Source: a virus
Lineage: Duplodnaviria > Caudoviricetes
Reading direction: 5' to 3' (one strand)
Virus record (IMG/VR): IMGVR_UViG_3300031910_000034
Coordinates: 1 to 25,892 of that record
DNA: 25,892 nucleotides
Shown here one piece after another: positions 25,823-25,892 of this stretch. A program made the translations under genes and the position numbers. Below the pieces are notes generated by a model. The model saw only the letters and a program-made list of their open reading frames with translations, searched no databases and was not told the DNA's origin. How positions within the stretch are numbered: position 1 is the stretch's first letter; every line of letters starts with the position of its first letter.

Positions 25823-25892
25823 GCAAAGTTACGCCGGTTGGCGCGGTTTGAGCAATGGGGGCAGGTTTGGAGCCCGGAACGGGCGGAAAGCC
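25779..25892 (-). mobile_element. IS3-family (IS407-group-like) element, right end; continues beyond the window
   Basis: Terminus TGACCTGCC...CATCCA...TAGAGTCC. Minus-strand frame GFPPVPGSKPAPIAQTAPTGVTLLRTLPSAG* (stop 25797-25799) resembles OrfB C-termini and ends inside the IR. It coincides with abrupt loss of MTase similarity. Confidence 0.8.

Larger units (their letters stand above)
1..25892. mobile_element. P2-like prophage (interior; both ends outside the window)
   Basis: P2-type gene order P<-/O N M L X lysis R S / V W J I H G FI FII E T U D, followed by repressor, ogr and replication genes. Confidence 0.97.

Noticed and set aside
1-25892. CRISPR array, att site, integrase, rRNA
   Set aside because: None seen; the only long repeat is the coding fibre repeat

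Overview
The whole window is the interior of a P2-like (Peduoviridae-type, contractile-tail) prophage in a high-GC host. An alphaproteobacterial host is inferred only from promoter style and gene content. From left to right: the 5' end of terminase ATPase gpP (minus strand, runs off the window); head operon O-N-M-L-X; a lysis cassette (1-TM protein, GH19 endolysin, holin-like protein, overlapping Rz/Rz1 spanins); R-S; and an uninterrupted tail operon V-W-J-I-H-G-FI-FII-E/E'-T-U. A lower-GC two-ORF moron precedes gpD. After gpD come a small membrane-protein ORF with a densely structured RNA-like element, then a repressor/Ner-like switch. The early operon encodes CII-like, Ogr/Delta, small ORFs, a DNA adenine MTase, a Zn-finger TOPRIM primase-helicase and a C5 MTase. 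The C5 MTase is cut by an IS3-family element at 25779. Portal, integrase and att sites are not in the window. The most unusual signals are the multi-hairpin/kissing-loop element at 17990-18094 next to a hydrophobic small ORF, non-canonical late-activator sites (GTTGG-N11-CCAAC) with predicted leaderless P and V mRNAs, and the U-D moron. All product calls come from motif and synteny recognition, not database searches.
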